Positions 24,890-34,589 are shown, numbered from the stretch's first letter. The stretch: DNA of 64,000 bases from Oscillospiraceae bacterium (GCA_051891935.1 JBJFFR010000183.1:8665-72664); one strand, 5' to 3'. Notes: generated by a model not told the origin, from the letters alone. Translations and numbers: made by a program.

Positions 24890-26863
24890 TTATCCCTCAA
24901 CAAGGCGAACCTGATCGCCTGCATTGATAGGCTTTGTCGATGTGGAAATGATGAAGTCGCTCTGTGCAACGCCCGTTACGGCAGTGTTCACGCCGTCCGA
25001 GGCAATTACGGTGATATCGCAGCGCTTTGCAATATAGCGGTTTCCGAGAGGACTGCTCTTTGCGATAACGGTAAGAACGAACTTGCCGTTGGAGTCTTCT
25101 TTTATAGCGTTGTTCGGGATGATACATTCATACGGCTGACCCTTTCCGCCGAGGACGAGCTGGAGCGACTGACCGGGAGTAACATCGCCCGAAACGTCGA
25201 AAACGAGCTGCTTGTTCTGTGCGTTAGAGGGGTCTGCCTTTATCTGCGTGAGCTTTGCCTGCGCATCACCGCCCCAGAAATACTGTATTTCTGCCATATC
25301 GCCGATCTTGACCTTTTTAGCCTGATCAAGCGTTACGGAGAAGCTTGCGGTATATCCCTTTTCCACCATTTCGATAGAAGCTGCCGACGTACCCGATTCG
25401 AGCGTTTCGCCTGGAACGACCTTCATAGAGCTTATAATACCTGCGACGGGTGCTGTGATCTCACCGCCCTGTGCGTTGTTTTTAAGCTTTTGGATATTGC
25501 CTTCAAGACGCTTTATCTCACTCTGCATAGCTTCGATCTCAATGTTTGTTTTTCCGGCAGCGACAAGATCTTCGTTCTGCTTCTTTTCAAGATTGATCTT
25601 CATAGTTTCAAGAGAGCGTTCGTTTTCCGTTATTTTCTGTTTTGTTTCATTATCGGTTTCAATCTTTTTCTTGATCGTTTCAATTTCAGATTCAACCTTT
25701 TTCTTGTCGGCTTCGGCGGTTTCGATGTTTGATTTTATTTCGTCTATCTTGGAGACATTTGTTTCTAATTTTGCTTTTAATTTTTTCTTTTCGGAATTGA
25801 TTTTTTTGCTGACTTCCAGTTTTTTAAGATTGAGTGTGTTCTGTGCGTCGTTGTATTTATTCTCAAACTGCAGCTGATTTCTTGTAGAAACCTGGAGCTT
25901 GAGGTTTATGAGATTGTCGGTAGTTTGCTTGTTATACATTTCATAAAGCTCTGATCTTGCTCTGCCGAGGTCTATTTTTGTTAGGATAAGGCTTTCATTT
26001 ATGCTTGAAGCGTCGCCTTTGGTTTCATCAATAAGCGCCCAAAAATACTGATCTTCGAGGGAAGCGGCCTGTGCCTGGAGCTTCTGCACCTCGGCGTTTT
26101 TTTGTGCGATATCCTCGTTCGTTACCATATCGCCGAGTTCTTTTGTATATTGTTCGACCTCTTTTTCGTATTTTTCCTTTTTGCCTTTATAGTTAACAAC
26201 GGACGTATATATAGGGGAAAGCTCATTGCTGTAAACATTGTCGAGAGCATCATAATCATCCGAGCCGAGTGAGGAAAGCTGTTCGGTGATACTTGTAAGC
26301 TTGTTTTCATAATCCTTTTTCTCTTTTTCAAGTCCGCTGCATTCTTTTGTAAGCGAAAGGATCATTTCTTCAAGCTCCTTTTGCTTCTCTGCTTCTTTCG
26401 AGTAGTCATTATTGCCGCCAAGACTTGCTTTAAGACGTTCGATGTCTTCTTCAAGGTTCTTTATCTCAAGCTCTTCCAATGAATAATCTGCGCCTAAGTC
26501 AAGGAGCTTTGAACGATAGTCGTTCCGTGCTGTTTCAAGCTCTTTCTCGGCAGGTTCAAGGTCGGGGATCTCGCCGTTGAACCGCAGGAGCACCTGACCC
26601 TTTTCAACGGTATCGCCCTGCTTTACTTCAACGGAATCGATCGTCCTTGATGCGCCGTTGTATTTTACCTCATACTGCTGTGCGGCTTCAACGGTCACAG
26701 TACCTCTGATCTGCTCGGAAAGGCTTCCGCTCTGGACATATTTTGCCGAAACCTCGGGCAGAGAATAGTTCATTATCGTATTGGAGAAAAACGTCAGCAA
26801 AAGCATTATCGTAAGGAAAATTATTGCTGCCGTTTTGACCCATTCACGTTTTTTATTGTCCAT
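24890..26863 (-). CDS. HlyD-family periplasmic adaptor-like protein with very long coiled-coil
   Basis: N-terminal TM, lipoyl-like hairpin halves (VKQGDTVEKGQVLLRF ... ITAPVAGIISSMKVVPGETL), about 330 aa of heptad-rich coiled-coil and a C-terminal beta-barrel. Confidence 0.7.
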   Translation of the reverse strand: MDNKKREWVKTAAIIFLTIMLLLTFFSNTIMNYSLPEVSAKYVQSGSLSEQIRGTVTVEAAQQYEVKYNGASRTIDSVEVKQGDTVEKGQVLLRFNGEIPDLEPAEKELETARNDYRSKLLDLGADYSLEELEIKNLEEDIERLKASLGGNNDYSKEAEKQKELEEMILSLTKECSGLEKEKKDYENKLTSITEQLSSLGSDDYDALDNVYSNELSPIYTSVVNYKGKKEKYEKEVEQYTKELGDMVTNEDIAQKNAEVQKLQAQAASLEDQYFWALIDETKGDASSINESLILTKIDLGRARSELYEMYNKQTTDNLINLKLQVSTRNQLQFENKYNDAQNTLNLKKLEVSKKINSEKKKLKAKLETNVSKIDEIKSNIETAEADKKKVESEIETIKKKIETDNETKQKITENERSLETMKINLEKKQNEDLVAAGKTNIEIEAMQSEIKRLEGNIQKLKNNAQGGEITAPVAGIISSMKVVPGETLESGTSAASIEMVEKGYTASFSVTLDQAKKVKIGDMAEIQYFWGGDAQAKLTQIKADPSNAQNKQLVFDVSGDVTPGQSLQLVLGGKGQPYECIIPNNAIKEDSNGKFVLTVIAKSSPLGNRYIAKRCDITVIASDGVNTAVTGVAQSDFIISTSTKPINAGDQVRLVEG

Positions 26864-26877
26864 TATATAACCTCCTT

Positions 26878-27813
26878 TTAACCCTTTATGCCGCCCGAAT
26901 AAGCTATTCCTTCAACGAGATATTCTTCGCCGTAAAGGAACATAAGCAGCGTGGGTATCATATAGATCGTCGCAACAGCGAACGCAAGTCCTATCTCTCC
27001 CGAATTTATCCTTGAAAGGAAAACTGACAGCGGATAAAGATTTTCGTCCGAAAGGAGAATGAGCGGCTGTTCGACCATATTCCAGTAATCAATAAATACG
27101 AGGATAATTACCGAGAATATTACGCTCTTGCATAAGGGGAGCGCAATATAGCGGAAGATCTGCATCTCGCCTGCGCCGTCAAGCTTTGCGGCTTCAATGA
27201 TCGCTTCGGGGATACGCTTCATGACCTTTGTCAGCAGGAATACCGAGTAGGGTGTGAATACTGCCGGGAGGATTATAGCCCAGCGTGTGTTCAGTATGCC
27301 GAGCTTATCCGCAACAAGGTAGTTCGGTACGAGCGTAACCTGATACGGCATCATCATTACGATCACATACACGAAGAAAAGTATCTCCTTTAGTCTTCCT
27401 TTAAGTCGGGCAAAGCCGTAGGAAGCGAATGCAGCAATCGCAAGCTGGAAGATCACTATCGGGATAACAAGTATCACCGAGTTCCAGAATTTGAACAGAT
27501 AATCGGGGCTTTTGAAAAGCACCGTAAAATACTGCGAAAATGATACCATATCGGGGATGAATTTAAGATTGACCTTTTCGGAGATGAAGGTCTTTCCGCC
27601 CGATTCGGTCGTTGAGAAAACCGAGCCGTAGTTTGCGGATATCTCCGAAGAGGACATGAACGAGTTTGCTATCGTCAGCACTGTCGGCATAAGGAATATA
27701 AGTGCCGCAGCAGCAGCGAAAAGAGTCATCACCGCAAGAACTATTTTATTTTGGCAGCGGCTGAAGCTTTTCTTTTTGCGAAGAGGTTTTTGTACTGTAT
27801 TTTCAGCTGTCAT
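26878..27813 (-). CDS. Carbohydrate-type ABC transporter permease (MalG-like)
   Basis: Six predicted TMs and EAA loop EAAKLDGAGEMQIFRYIALPL. Confidence 0.85.
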   Translation of the reverse strand: MTAENTVQKPLRKKKSFSRCQNKIVLAVMTLFAAAAALIFLMPTVLTIANSFMSSSEISANYGSVFSTTESGGKTFISEKVNLKFIPDMVSFSQYFTVLFKSPDYLFKFWNSVILVIPIVIFQLAIAAFASYGFARLKGRLKEILFFVYVIVMMMPYQVTLVPNYLVADKLGILNTRWAIILPAVFTPYSVFLLTKVMKRIPEAIIEAAKLDGAGEMQIFRYIALPLCKSVIFSVIILVFIDYWNMVEQPLILLSDENLYPLSVFLSRINSGEIGLAFAVATIYMIPTLLMFLYGEEYLVEGIAYSGGIKG

Positions 27814-28790
27814 TCCGTATCCTCCCCGAACTTGTTTTCAGCATAGAACAGCAGCGCAAGGATAACTATCATAACTGCCGACATTATTATCGCAGCCGCC
27901 GAAAGCTTCTGATAATCGAGCGATCGGAACGTGTTGTTCATAAAATGCTGGAGCATATAGATCGAATCGTATGGATAATCGCCCGTGAGCAGATAAACCT
28001 CACGGAAGACCTTGAACGAGTTGATGAGCGAAAGTATCGCAACAAAAAGTATTGTCGGCGAAAGATGACGCAGCTTTATATGGAAGAACTTGTACCAGCT
28101 GCCTGCGCCTTCAAGCGTTGCGACTTCAAGCTGATCCCTTGAGATGCCGCCGAGCGCCGAAAGAAACAGTATCATATTATATCCGAGGTTTTTCCATAGA
28201 AAAAGCACTGTTACAACGATCATTGCCTTGTCGGATTTGAGCCAGTCGATCCTGTCTGCGCCGAATTTCGTGAGTATTTCGTTGAGCGTTCCGTTGTAGT
28301 GGAAAATAACCTGCCAGATGAGCACGACCGAAGCGACGGGAACCATCATCGGGCAGAGAAAGCTTGCCCTGAACTGGCTGACGAGCGGAATTTTCGCATC
28401 GAGGAGCATCGCAAGTCCAAGTCCGAGAACGACAGCGAGCGGAACGGATGTCAGCGAAAATTTAAGCGTGTTTATCGCCGCTTTTTTGAATGCGCTGTTT
28501 TTGAGCAGACTTATGTAGTTGTCAAGAAAAACAAATTCCTTATTTATAGGGTTATCGACCACCGAATAGAAAAGTATTACCATAAACGGCACTATGAAAA
28601 ATATCATAACGCCGATGAAGCTTGGTGCTATGCAGGCTATCGGGAAAGCTTTTGCTTTAAGCGGCGTTTTCGGTGGCTTTTCCTTTGCCTTTTTGGGGGG
28701 GCGGTCTTTTATTTTATCAGGCTTCTCGCCTATTTTTTTCATGGATCTTTTCATCTCCCGGTAAGATTCAAAAAATTGGCATTGGATCAA
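27810..28790 (-). CDS. Carbohydrate-type ABC transporter permease (MalF-like)
   Basis: EAA loop LEVATLEGAGSWYKFFHIKLRHL. The true start may be an internal Met (28754 or 28742). Overlaps the next permease by 4 nt. Confidence 0.8.
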   Translation of the reverse strand: MIQCQFFESYREMKRSMKKIGEKPDKIKDRPPKKAKEKPPKTPLKAKAFPIACIAPSFIGVMIFFIVPFMVILFYSVVDNPINKEFVFLDNYISLLKNSAFKKAAINTLKFSLTSVPLAVVLGLGLAMLLDAKIPLVSQFRASFLCPMMVPVASVVLIWQVIFHYNGTLNEILTKFGADRIDWLKSDKAMIVVTVLFLWKNLGYNMILFLSALGGISRDQLEVATLEGAGSWYKFFHIKLRHLSPTILFVAILSLINSFKVFREVYLLTGDYPYDSIYMLQHFMNNTFRSLDYQKLSAAAIIMSAVMIVILALLFYAENKFGEDTE

Positions 28791-28917
28791 ATATTATTCC
28801 TTATTTCGTTCCTACATTATAGCACACTTATTTATATTTTTCCACATTATACAAAAACTGTAATCTAATTTTAAACATTTCAACAAAAAGCGCTTTTTTG
28901 TTACCGTTTTGCAATAA

Positions 28918-29084
28918 TTAATACTAATAACCATTTGTTCTATGGATAAAGACGGTGGATAGAATACGACCAATCAAGGAAAACGACCGCAGGCAGGCTG
29001 CCGCCTGTCAAGGGAGTTTGACGCAGAGTGGGCGTATTATAGCCGCCGTATTTTATCCATAGGTTAAATGGTTATTAGTATAAA
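28918..29084. repeat. 167-bp imperfect palindrome in a divergent intergenic region
   Basis: Arms of about 51 nt, ttaatactaataaccatttgttctatggataaagacgg... versus ...ccgtattttatccataggttaaatggttattagtataaa, about 80 percent complementary. Confidence 0.7.
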
Positions 29085-29154
29085 TCCCTTGAAAAAATCT
29101 AAGGTTGTTTTAAGGTATGTTAATTATACTTTAATTCAAAGTAAACAGTAAAGG

Positions 29155-29841
29155 ATGATGAGAATGGAGCAGAAGTTCCGTCACGAATATAAACATTCAA
29201 TATCGCCCGTTGATGCGGCCGTGCTTCGTATGCGGCTTTCCAAGGTTATGCAGAAGGACAGCTTCTCGGTCGGCGGAAAATACGGGATAAGAAGCCTTTA
29301 TTTCGACAATCTTTTCGATAAGGCTCTGCTTGAAAAAATAAATGGCGTAAGCTGCCGTGAAAAGTTCCGAATACGGTATTACAACGGCGATACGTCCTTT
29401 ATCCGACTTGAAAAAAAGAGCAAGCTCGGAGGACTTACCTCAAAGCAGAGCGTACCGCTGACGCTTGAACAGGCTGATCTGCTTGCGCACGGAACTGCCG
29501 TTCGTGACAGCGGAAACGAGCTTATTGACGAACTTGCGTTCAAAATGGACACGCAGCTTTTAAAGCCGAAAACCATAGTCGATTATACCCGTGAGGCGTT
29601 CGTTTTTCCTCCGGGAAATGTCCGTGTAACGCTCGACTGTGACATCCGAACGGGAACGGAGCCGACCGAGCTGATTAATACGAACTGCGTGACCGTTCCG
29701 TCGTGTGAGGATATCATCCTTGAAGTAAAATGGGATGAATTTCTGCCCTCGGTAATTGCGGATATAATACAGCTCGGCAGCAGACAGACCTCGTCCTTCT
29801 CAAAATATGCAGCCTGCAGGCTTTCCTACGGTTTATATTAA
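29155..29841 (+). CDS. VTC-domain (polyphosphate polymerase-like, triphosphate tunnel fold) protein
   Basis: EQKFRHEYKH...IRSLYFDN...FRIRYY...LEVKWD pattern typical of bacterial VTC-domain proteins. Sits upstream of DUF4956 and CotH, the usual neighbours. Confidence 0.7.
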   Translation: MMRMEQKFRHEYKHSISPVDAAVLRMRLSKVMQKDSFSVGGKYGIRSLYFDNLFDKALLEKINGVSCREKFRIRYYNGDTSFIRLEKKSKLGGLTSKQSVPLTLEQADLLAHGTAVRDSGNELIDELAFKMDTQLLKPKTIVDYTREAFVFPPGNVRVTLDCDIRTGTEPTELINTNCVTVPSCEDIILEVKWDEFLPSVIADIIQLGSRQTSSFSKYAACRLSYGLY

Positions 29842-29869
29842 TACTAATCTTTTTAAAGGAGATAAAACT

Positions 29870-30541
29870 ATGACCTTCAACGATATTTTCAAATCAAGCT
29901 TTCTTGAAAACATAACAAGCGTGAGCCTTTTAGATATGGCGGTCTCGCTGATTCTTGCATTCGGACTCGGACTTTTCATTTTCTTCGTGTATAAGAAGAC
30001 CTATTCGGGAGTGATGTATTCATCGGGCTTCGGAGTAACGCTCATTGCGCTTACAATGATAACGAATCTTGTTATCCTTGCTGTTACCTCAAACGTTGTG
30101 CTTTCGCTCGGTATGGTCGGTGCACTTTCAATTGTACGTTTCCGCACGGCGATAAAAGAACCGCTCGATATTGCATTCCTCTTCTGGGCGATCGCTGCAG
30201 GCATCGTTCTTGCCGCAGGTATGATACCGCTTGCAGTCATCGGCAGCATTTTCATCGGCGTGATACTAATTATATTCGTCAACAAAAAGCAGCACATAAA
30301 CCCGTACATTGCCGTTATCAAATGCGACAGTCACGAAAGTGAAACGGCTGCTCTTGAATTCCTCAAAAAGCAGACGCAGCGCTGCACGGTGAAGAGCAAG
30401 ACCGCTGTCAACGGCTCGGTCGAGATAAATTACGAGATACGCTTAAAGGATGACAACACCGATTTCGTAAATATCCTTTCGGAGATGAACGGCGTTCAGA
30501 GTGCTGTTCTTGTAAGCTTTAACGGCGAATATATGGGTTAA
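29870..30541 (+). CDS. DUF4956-like membrane protein
   Basis: Start MTFNDIF after RBS aaaggag. Four TMs including LSIVRFRTAIKEPLDIAFLFWAIAAG, plus a soluble C-terminal domain. Confidence 0.65.
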   Translation: MTFNDIFKSSFLENITSVSLLDMAVSLILAFGLGLFIFFVYKKTYSGVMYSSGFGVTLIALTMITNLVILAVTSNVVLSLGMVGALSIVRFRTAIKEPLDIAFLFWAIAAGIVLAAGMIPLAVIGSIFIGVILIIFVNKKQHINPYIAVIKCDSHESETAALEFLKKQTQRCTVKSKTAVNGSVEINYEIRLKDDNTDFVNILSEMNGVQSAVLVSFNGEYMG

Positions 30542-30565
30542 GAATTATCCTTTGGGAGGAAAACA

Positions 30566-32557
30566 ATGTCAACAAGCAGATACTTCAACAGGATATGCGC
30601 TGTTGTTATGGTTTTATGTCTTGTCCTGACCGTGATGCTGTGTATTCCCGATAAGATCGGCATCCAAGCCGCTTCACGAACGCTTGGATATGAGGCAAAG
30701 CTGTTCGACATCTCTTATGTTCATTCCGTTGATATTGTAATGGACGATTGGGACAGCTTTATTGAAAGCTGCGAAAACGAGGAATATGCAAGCTGTTCCG
30801 CTGTCATCGACGGAGAAGCGTTCAAAAATATTGCTATTCGCGCAAAGGGAAACTCATCGTTAAGTCAGGTCGCACAATATGGCAATGACCGTTACAGCTT
30901 TAAGCTCGAATTCGACCATTACAATGACGGTGCAAGCTATTACGGACTTGACAAGCTTTGCCTTAACAACATCATTCAGGACAACACCTATATAAAAGAC
31001 TACCTTTGCTATACGATGATGAACTCTGCCGGAGTCGCCGCACCGCTTTGCAGCTTTGCATATATCACCGTAAACGGCGAGGACTGGGGACTTTACCTTG
31101 CGGTCGAAGCGATAGAGGACAGCTTTCTTGAACGCAATTACAGCGGAACAGGAAATCTCTACAAACCCGACAGCAGCTCCATGGGCGGCGGAAGAGGAAA
31201 CGGAAAGAATTTCAATCAGGACGATTTCGATTTCAGCAAAAACGAAAAATTTACTACGTCTTCAAACACGGAAAAAGGCGCATCGGATACCGAAAATGCT
31301 GACCGTCAGCCGCCGCAGAGAGGAAATTTAAACGGCTTCGGAGAAAATGGCGGAAAAGGCGGCTTCGGCGGAATGGGTTCGGACGATGTCAAGCTTGTTT
31401 ATACCGATGATGATTTTGACAGCTATGAGAACATCTTCGACAATGCAAAGACCGATATCACCAATGCCGACAAGACCCGTTTGATAAATTCGCTAAAGGT
31501 TTTAAGCTCGGACGATGCGGCTTCGGCAGTTGATGCTGATGCGGTGATAAAATACTTTGCCGTTCACAATTTCGTCTGCAACTTTGACAGCTACACAGGC
31601 TCAATGATACACAATTATTACCTTTACGAAAATGACGGTATTCTCTCAATGATACCGTGGGATTATAACCTTGCATTCGGCTCGTTTATGGGCGGCGGAG
31701 ATGGGACTTCAATGATAAACTTCCCGATAGATTCTCCCGTTTCGGGCGGCGATACCGATTCACGTCCGATGATCGCCTGGATATTCGCCGATGAAAAATA
31801 CACCGAGCTTTATCATGAAGCGCTTTCGGAATTCATTGCAGATTATTTTGAGAGCGGATATTTTGAAACGGAGATCGAACGGGTAAAAGCGCTTATCTCG
31901 CCTTATGTTGAAAAGGATCCGACAAAATTCTGTACCTATGACGAATTCACCGCAGGCATTTCGGCGCTTAAAGAATTCTGCGTTCTCCGTGCAAAAAGCG
32001 TGAGAGGGCAGCTTGACGGAACTGTTCCGTCCACATCCGAAGCGCAGTCTGCCGACAGCTCCGCACTTATTGACGGTTCTTCCGTGAACATGAGCGCAAT
32101 GGGTTCGATGTCAATGGGCGGCAGAAAAGAAAATATGCAGGGCGGTATGAACGGAAATATGCCGGGTTTTGATCTCGGAATTTCTTCCGAACAAAGCGGC
32201 TTTGGCGGCGAACCTCCCGAATTTCCGAATTTTGGCGGAGAAAGCCTCGAGCAGCCGAACAGCAATGCTCCTTCGAGCGAGCAGGCAGTATCGTCCGATG
32301 AAAGATCCACGGGCGGTGAGGATGCGCCAACTTCTCAAAGCGGTGATGAGGTATCGTCCGAACGGCCCGTGAACGGCAGCTTCGATAAAAACAGTATGTC
32401 CGAAGCTTCCCGTGACGAGAACAGCGGCATTGAACGTTCGCAGCAGTCCTCCGCCGACGGCTCTTCCGACGCAGAAAAGGTAGTTCTTCTTTGTATTTCG
32501 GCAGGCGCTCTGCTCGCTGCTCTGCTTCTTTTAAGAGTTTTCAAAGACAGGATATAA
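30566..32557 (+). CDS. cotH: CotH kinase-family protein with low-complexity tail and C-terminal TM anchor
   Basis: Signal/TM N-terminus. CotH core (IRAKGNSS...YSFKLEFD, NLYKPD, HNYYLYE...IPWDYNLAFG). Ser/Gly/Glu-rich tail ending in the hydrophobic segment VVLLCISAGALLAALLLL followed by the charged tail RVFKDRI. Confidence 0.8.
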   Translation: MSTSRYFNRICAVVMVLCLVLTVMLCIPDKIGIQAASRTLGYEAKLFDISYVHSVDIVMDDWDSFIESCENEEYASCSAVIDGEAFKNIAIRAKGNSSLSQVAQYGNDRYSFKLEFDHYNDGASYYGLDKLCLNNIIQDNTYIKDYLCYTMMNSAGVAAPLCSFAYITVNGEDWGLYLAVEAIEDSFLERNYSGTGNLYKPDSSSMGGGRGNGKNFNQDDFDFSKNEKFTTSSNTEKGASDTENADRQPPQRGNLNGFGENGGKGGFGGMGSDDVKLVYTDDDFDSYENIFDNAKTDITNADKTRLINSLKVLSSDDAASAVDADAVIKYFAVHNFVCNFDSYTGSMIHNYYLYENDGILSMIPWDYNLAFGSFMGGGDGTSMINFPIDSPVSGGDTDSRPMIAWIFADEKYTELYHEALSEFIADYFESGYFETEIERVKALISPYVEKDPTKFCTYDEFTAGISALKEFCVLRAKSVRGQLDGTVPSTSEAQSADSSALIDGSSVNMSAMGSMSMGGRKENMQGGMNGNMPGFDLGISSEQSGFGGEPPEFPNFGGESLEQPNSNAPSSEQAVSSDERSTGGEDAPTSQSGDEVSSERPVNGSFDKNSMSEASRDENSGIERSQQSSADGSSDAEKVVLLCISAGALLAALLLLRVFKDRI

Positions 32558-32630
32558 TACTAATATGAAAACGTTGTCATACCGCACAATATGTCGGCAT
32601 ATTATTATTTCATAACAGTTGAACCATACA

Positions 32631-32688
32631 AAAAAGCGTTCGTGATGAGGAATTAGCATTAAAACGGACGCTTTTTATTTTTTTGTCT
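32631..32688 (+). terminator. Terminator after cotH
   Basis: aaaaagcgttcg ... cggacgcttttt stem with a long T-run. Confidence 0.55.
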
Positions 32689-32856
32689 GCTGTCTTTACA
32701 CAAAAAAAGCTTGTCCGAATAGTGAAATTATTACAAATATCAGTTTTTTGATGCAAATATGAAAAAATTCATTGAATTTCTATTGCATTTATCTGCAATT
32801 GTGGTATAATATTTTTATGTAAATATAGAACAAAAGAATGTGGAGGTAAACTTCTT

Positions 32857-33804
32857 ATGAAAACAGTAATGGTCACCGGTGCATCGGGAATGATTGGCCT
32901 TGCTCTTACCGAAACCCTCCTCGATAAAGGTTTCAAGGTTATCGGCACAGACAGCAAGCCGAATGATTTTGTCAACTCGCCTAACTACAGCTTTGTTCAG
33001 GCGTCTATTGATGATAAAGACAATATAACAAATATTCTCAACGGCACCAGCATAGACGCTCTCGTTCATCTTGCCTGCTCCTGCGATAACGATCTTGGTC
33101 CGATAATCACTTCGGCTGAAGAAAAGCAGAGCGCAGTTGTTGACAAATACCTTTACAAGGCTGCTGTTGACGCAGGCGTCGGCGATATTATACTTTTAAG
33201 TACATATCAGGTGTATGCTCCGCAGAAAACTCGTGAGCCTATCCGTGAAACTTCCGATGAAAAGCCGACAACCGCTTACGGAAAGATGAAATACGAAAGC
33301 GAAAAGGCAGTGGCAAAGATCGTTACAAAGAGTGCGTCCTGCAAGTGCGTTATCGCCCGTGTTTCGCCTGTATATACAAAGGCCTTTACCGACAATCTCA
33401 AGGCAAAGATCTATGATCCGAAGGAAGGCTGCGCGTTCGTATACGGCTACGGCGATTACGGTTACTCCTTCTGCTGCGTATATAATCTCGTTGATTTCAT
33501 TGTCGGCGTTCTCAATATTGCTCCCGGAGTAAACTATATGGGCGTTTACAATGTATGCGATACAAAGCCTATCGCTGCAAAAGATATCCTCGATCTTCTC
33601 CGTGAACGTCACGCTATCGGCGCAGTTGTTCAGCGTAACCTCGGTTCGGAGGGTATAAAGGGTCTGTTCAATTTCGGCGGCGGCAGCGGAAAGAACGACT
33701 ACCGCTACAACGATATCAGCCTTGCCTGCAGCAATATTTCCTACGATAACACAAAGGCACAGCGTATCTCGGCATTCCGCTGGAAGCTTTCCAACACAAA
33801 GTAA
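32857..33804 (+). CDS. NAD-dependent epimerase/dehydratase (extended SDR) family protein
   Basis: MKTVMVTGASGMIGLAL Rossmann motif and YxxxK (YGKMKYESEK). Length 315 aa. Confidence 0.8.
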   Translation: MKTVMVTGASGMIGLALTETLLDKGFKVIGTDSKPNDFVNSPNYSFVQASIDDKDNITNILNGTSIDALVHLACSCDNDLGPIITSAEEKQSAVVDKYLYKAAVDAGVGDIILLSTYQVYAPQKTREPIRETSDEKPTTAYGKMKYESEKAVAKIVTKSASCKCVIARVSPVYTKAFTDNLKAKIYDPKEGCAFVYGYGDYGYSFCCVYNLVDFIVGVLNIAPGVNYMGVYNVCDTKPIAAKDILDLLRERHAIGAVVQRNLGSEGIKGLFNFGGGSGKNDYRYNDISLACSNISYDNTKAQRISAFRWKLSNTK

Positions 33805-33850
33805 AAAGATAAGGGGGCTGTTTCGGCAGTCCCTTTTTCTTTAATCCAAC

Positions 33851-33891
33851 AAAAAACAGCACCAAATTTTGCTTTTGGTGCTGAATTTTTT
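33851..33891. terminator. Bidirectional terminator
   Basis: cagcaccaaa / tttggtgctg stem flanked by an A-run and a T-run, between convergent genes. Confidence 0.65.
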
Positions 33892-34135
33892 ATCTTGGAC
33901 TATCATTTTTACCATGTCCGCAAGCAGGACAGACAACATTGTTTCCGCTGCATCTTAAGCCACAGTATTCGCAGTTCCATCTATCGTCATTTTCATCATA
34001 AAGCTTGATAATATGACCGCAGCGCGGACAGACCGAGCCGTTCATCTGACGGTCTTTGTACTTCTTGCCGCAGTAAACACAAGTTATTCCCATAAGGGAT
34101 TCTTGCACTTTTGTTCTTTTTCTGAAGAAAAGCAT
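33890..34135 (-). CDS. Double zinc-ribbon protein (four CxxC pairs)
   Basis: CVYC...CPRC and CEYC...CPAC. RBS ggtgagg overlaps the HEPN stop, and the gap to the HEPN gene is 10 nt. Confidence 0.6.
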   Translation of the reverse strand: MLFFRKRTKVQESLMGITCVYCGKKYKDRQMNGSVCPRCGHIIKLYDENDDRWNCEYCGLRCSGNNVVCPACGHGKNDSPR

Positions 34136-34145
34136 TTATGCTACC

Positions 34146-34589
34146 TCACCTTTTTGTCCGTTTGTGATAGCTGTTGTAATCAAATTTGATGCGTTCGCAT
34201 ACAACATCGACAAGCTCCTGCGTGTCGGTGAGTACGGTGTCGGCAAAATCACGGGTGATATTTGCAGGAATGTCGGCAGGATAGCGTGTTTCAATATAGA
34301 AACGGTTGAGCTGTGTGCTTTTTTCTATCCAGTCGGTGAATTCGCTGTCGAGCATAGCCGCCTGCTTGCAGAGCCATGTCAGGTTGTGACCGTCAAAAAG
34401 ACGATGCGACTTATAAAGCAGGAATGCTTTGAGCGATTTTTCCATAGCCTGCTGGCAGTGGAAAACCACCTGTTCGTATAACCTTTTGTCATCAATAAGA
34501 ACCTTTGCCGAGAGCAGATCCTGATAAGCGTGGTAAAGCCAATCGTAATAACGCTTGCTGTCGGTTTTATGACTGTTGTTTCTGCTCAT
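34146..34589 (-). CDS. HEPN-domain protein
   Basis: HEPN helices (HCQQAMEKSLKAFLLYK), an Rx4H-type motif RLFDGH and RYP near the C-terminus. Length 147 aa. Confidence 0.75.
   Translation of the reverse strand: MSRNNSHKTDSKRYYDWLYHAYQDLLSAKVLIDDKRLYEQVVFHCQQAMEKSLKAFLLYKSHRLFDGHNLTWLCKQAAMLDSEFTDWIEKSTQLNRFYIETRYPADIPANITRDFADTVLTDTQELVDVVCERIKFDYNSYHKRTKR

Noticed and set aside
24785-25877. Long + strand ORFs (315 aa and 140 aa) opposite the HlyD-like gene
   Set aside because: They are antisense to a coiled-coil coding region whose codon bias suppresses stops. They are Cys/Phe/Leu-rich, non-protein-like sequences without an RBS.
32440-32557. CotH C-terminus as a sortase substrate (hydrophobic segment plus basic tail KDRI)
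   Set aside because: No LPxTG, NPxTN or [SP]PxTG motif precedes the hydrophobic segment, so it is more simply a TM anchor. No other protein in the window has a sorting signal.
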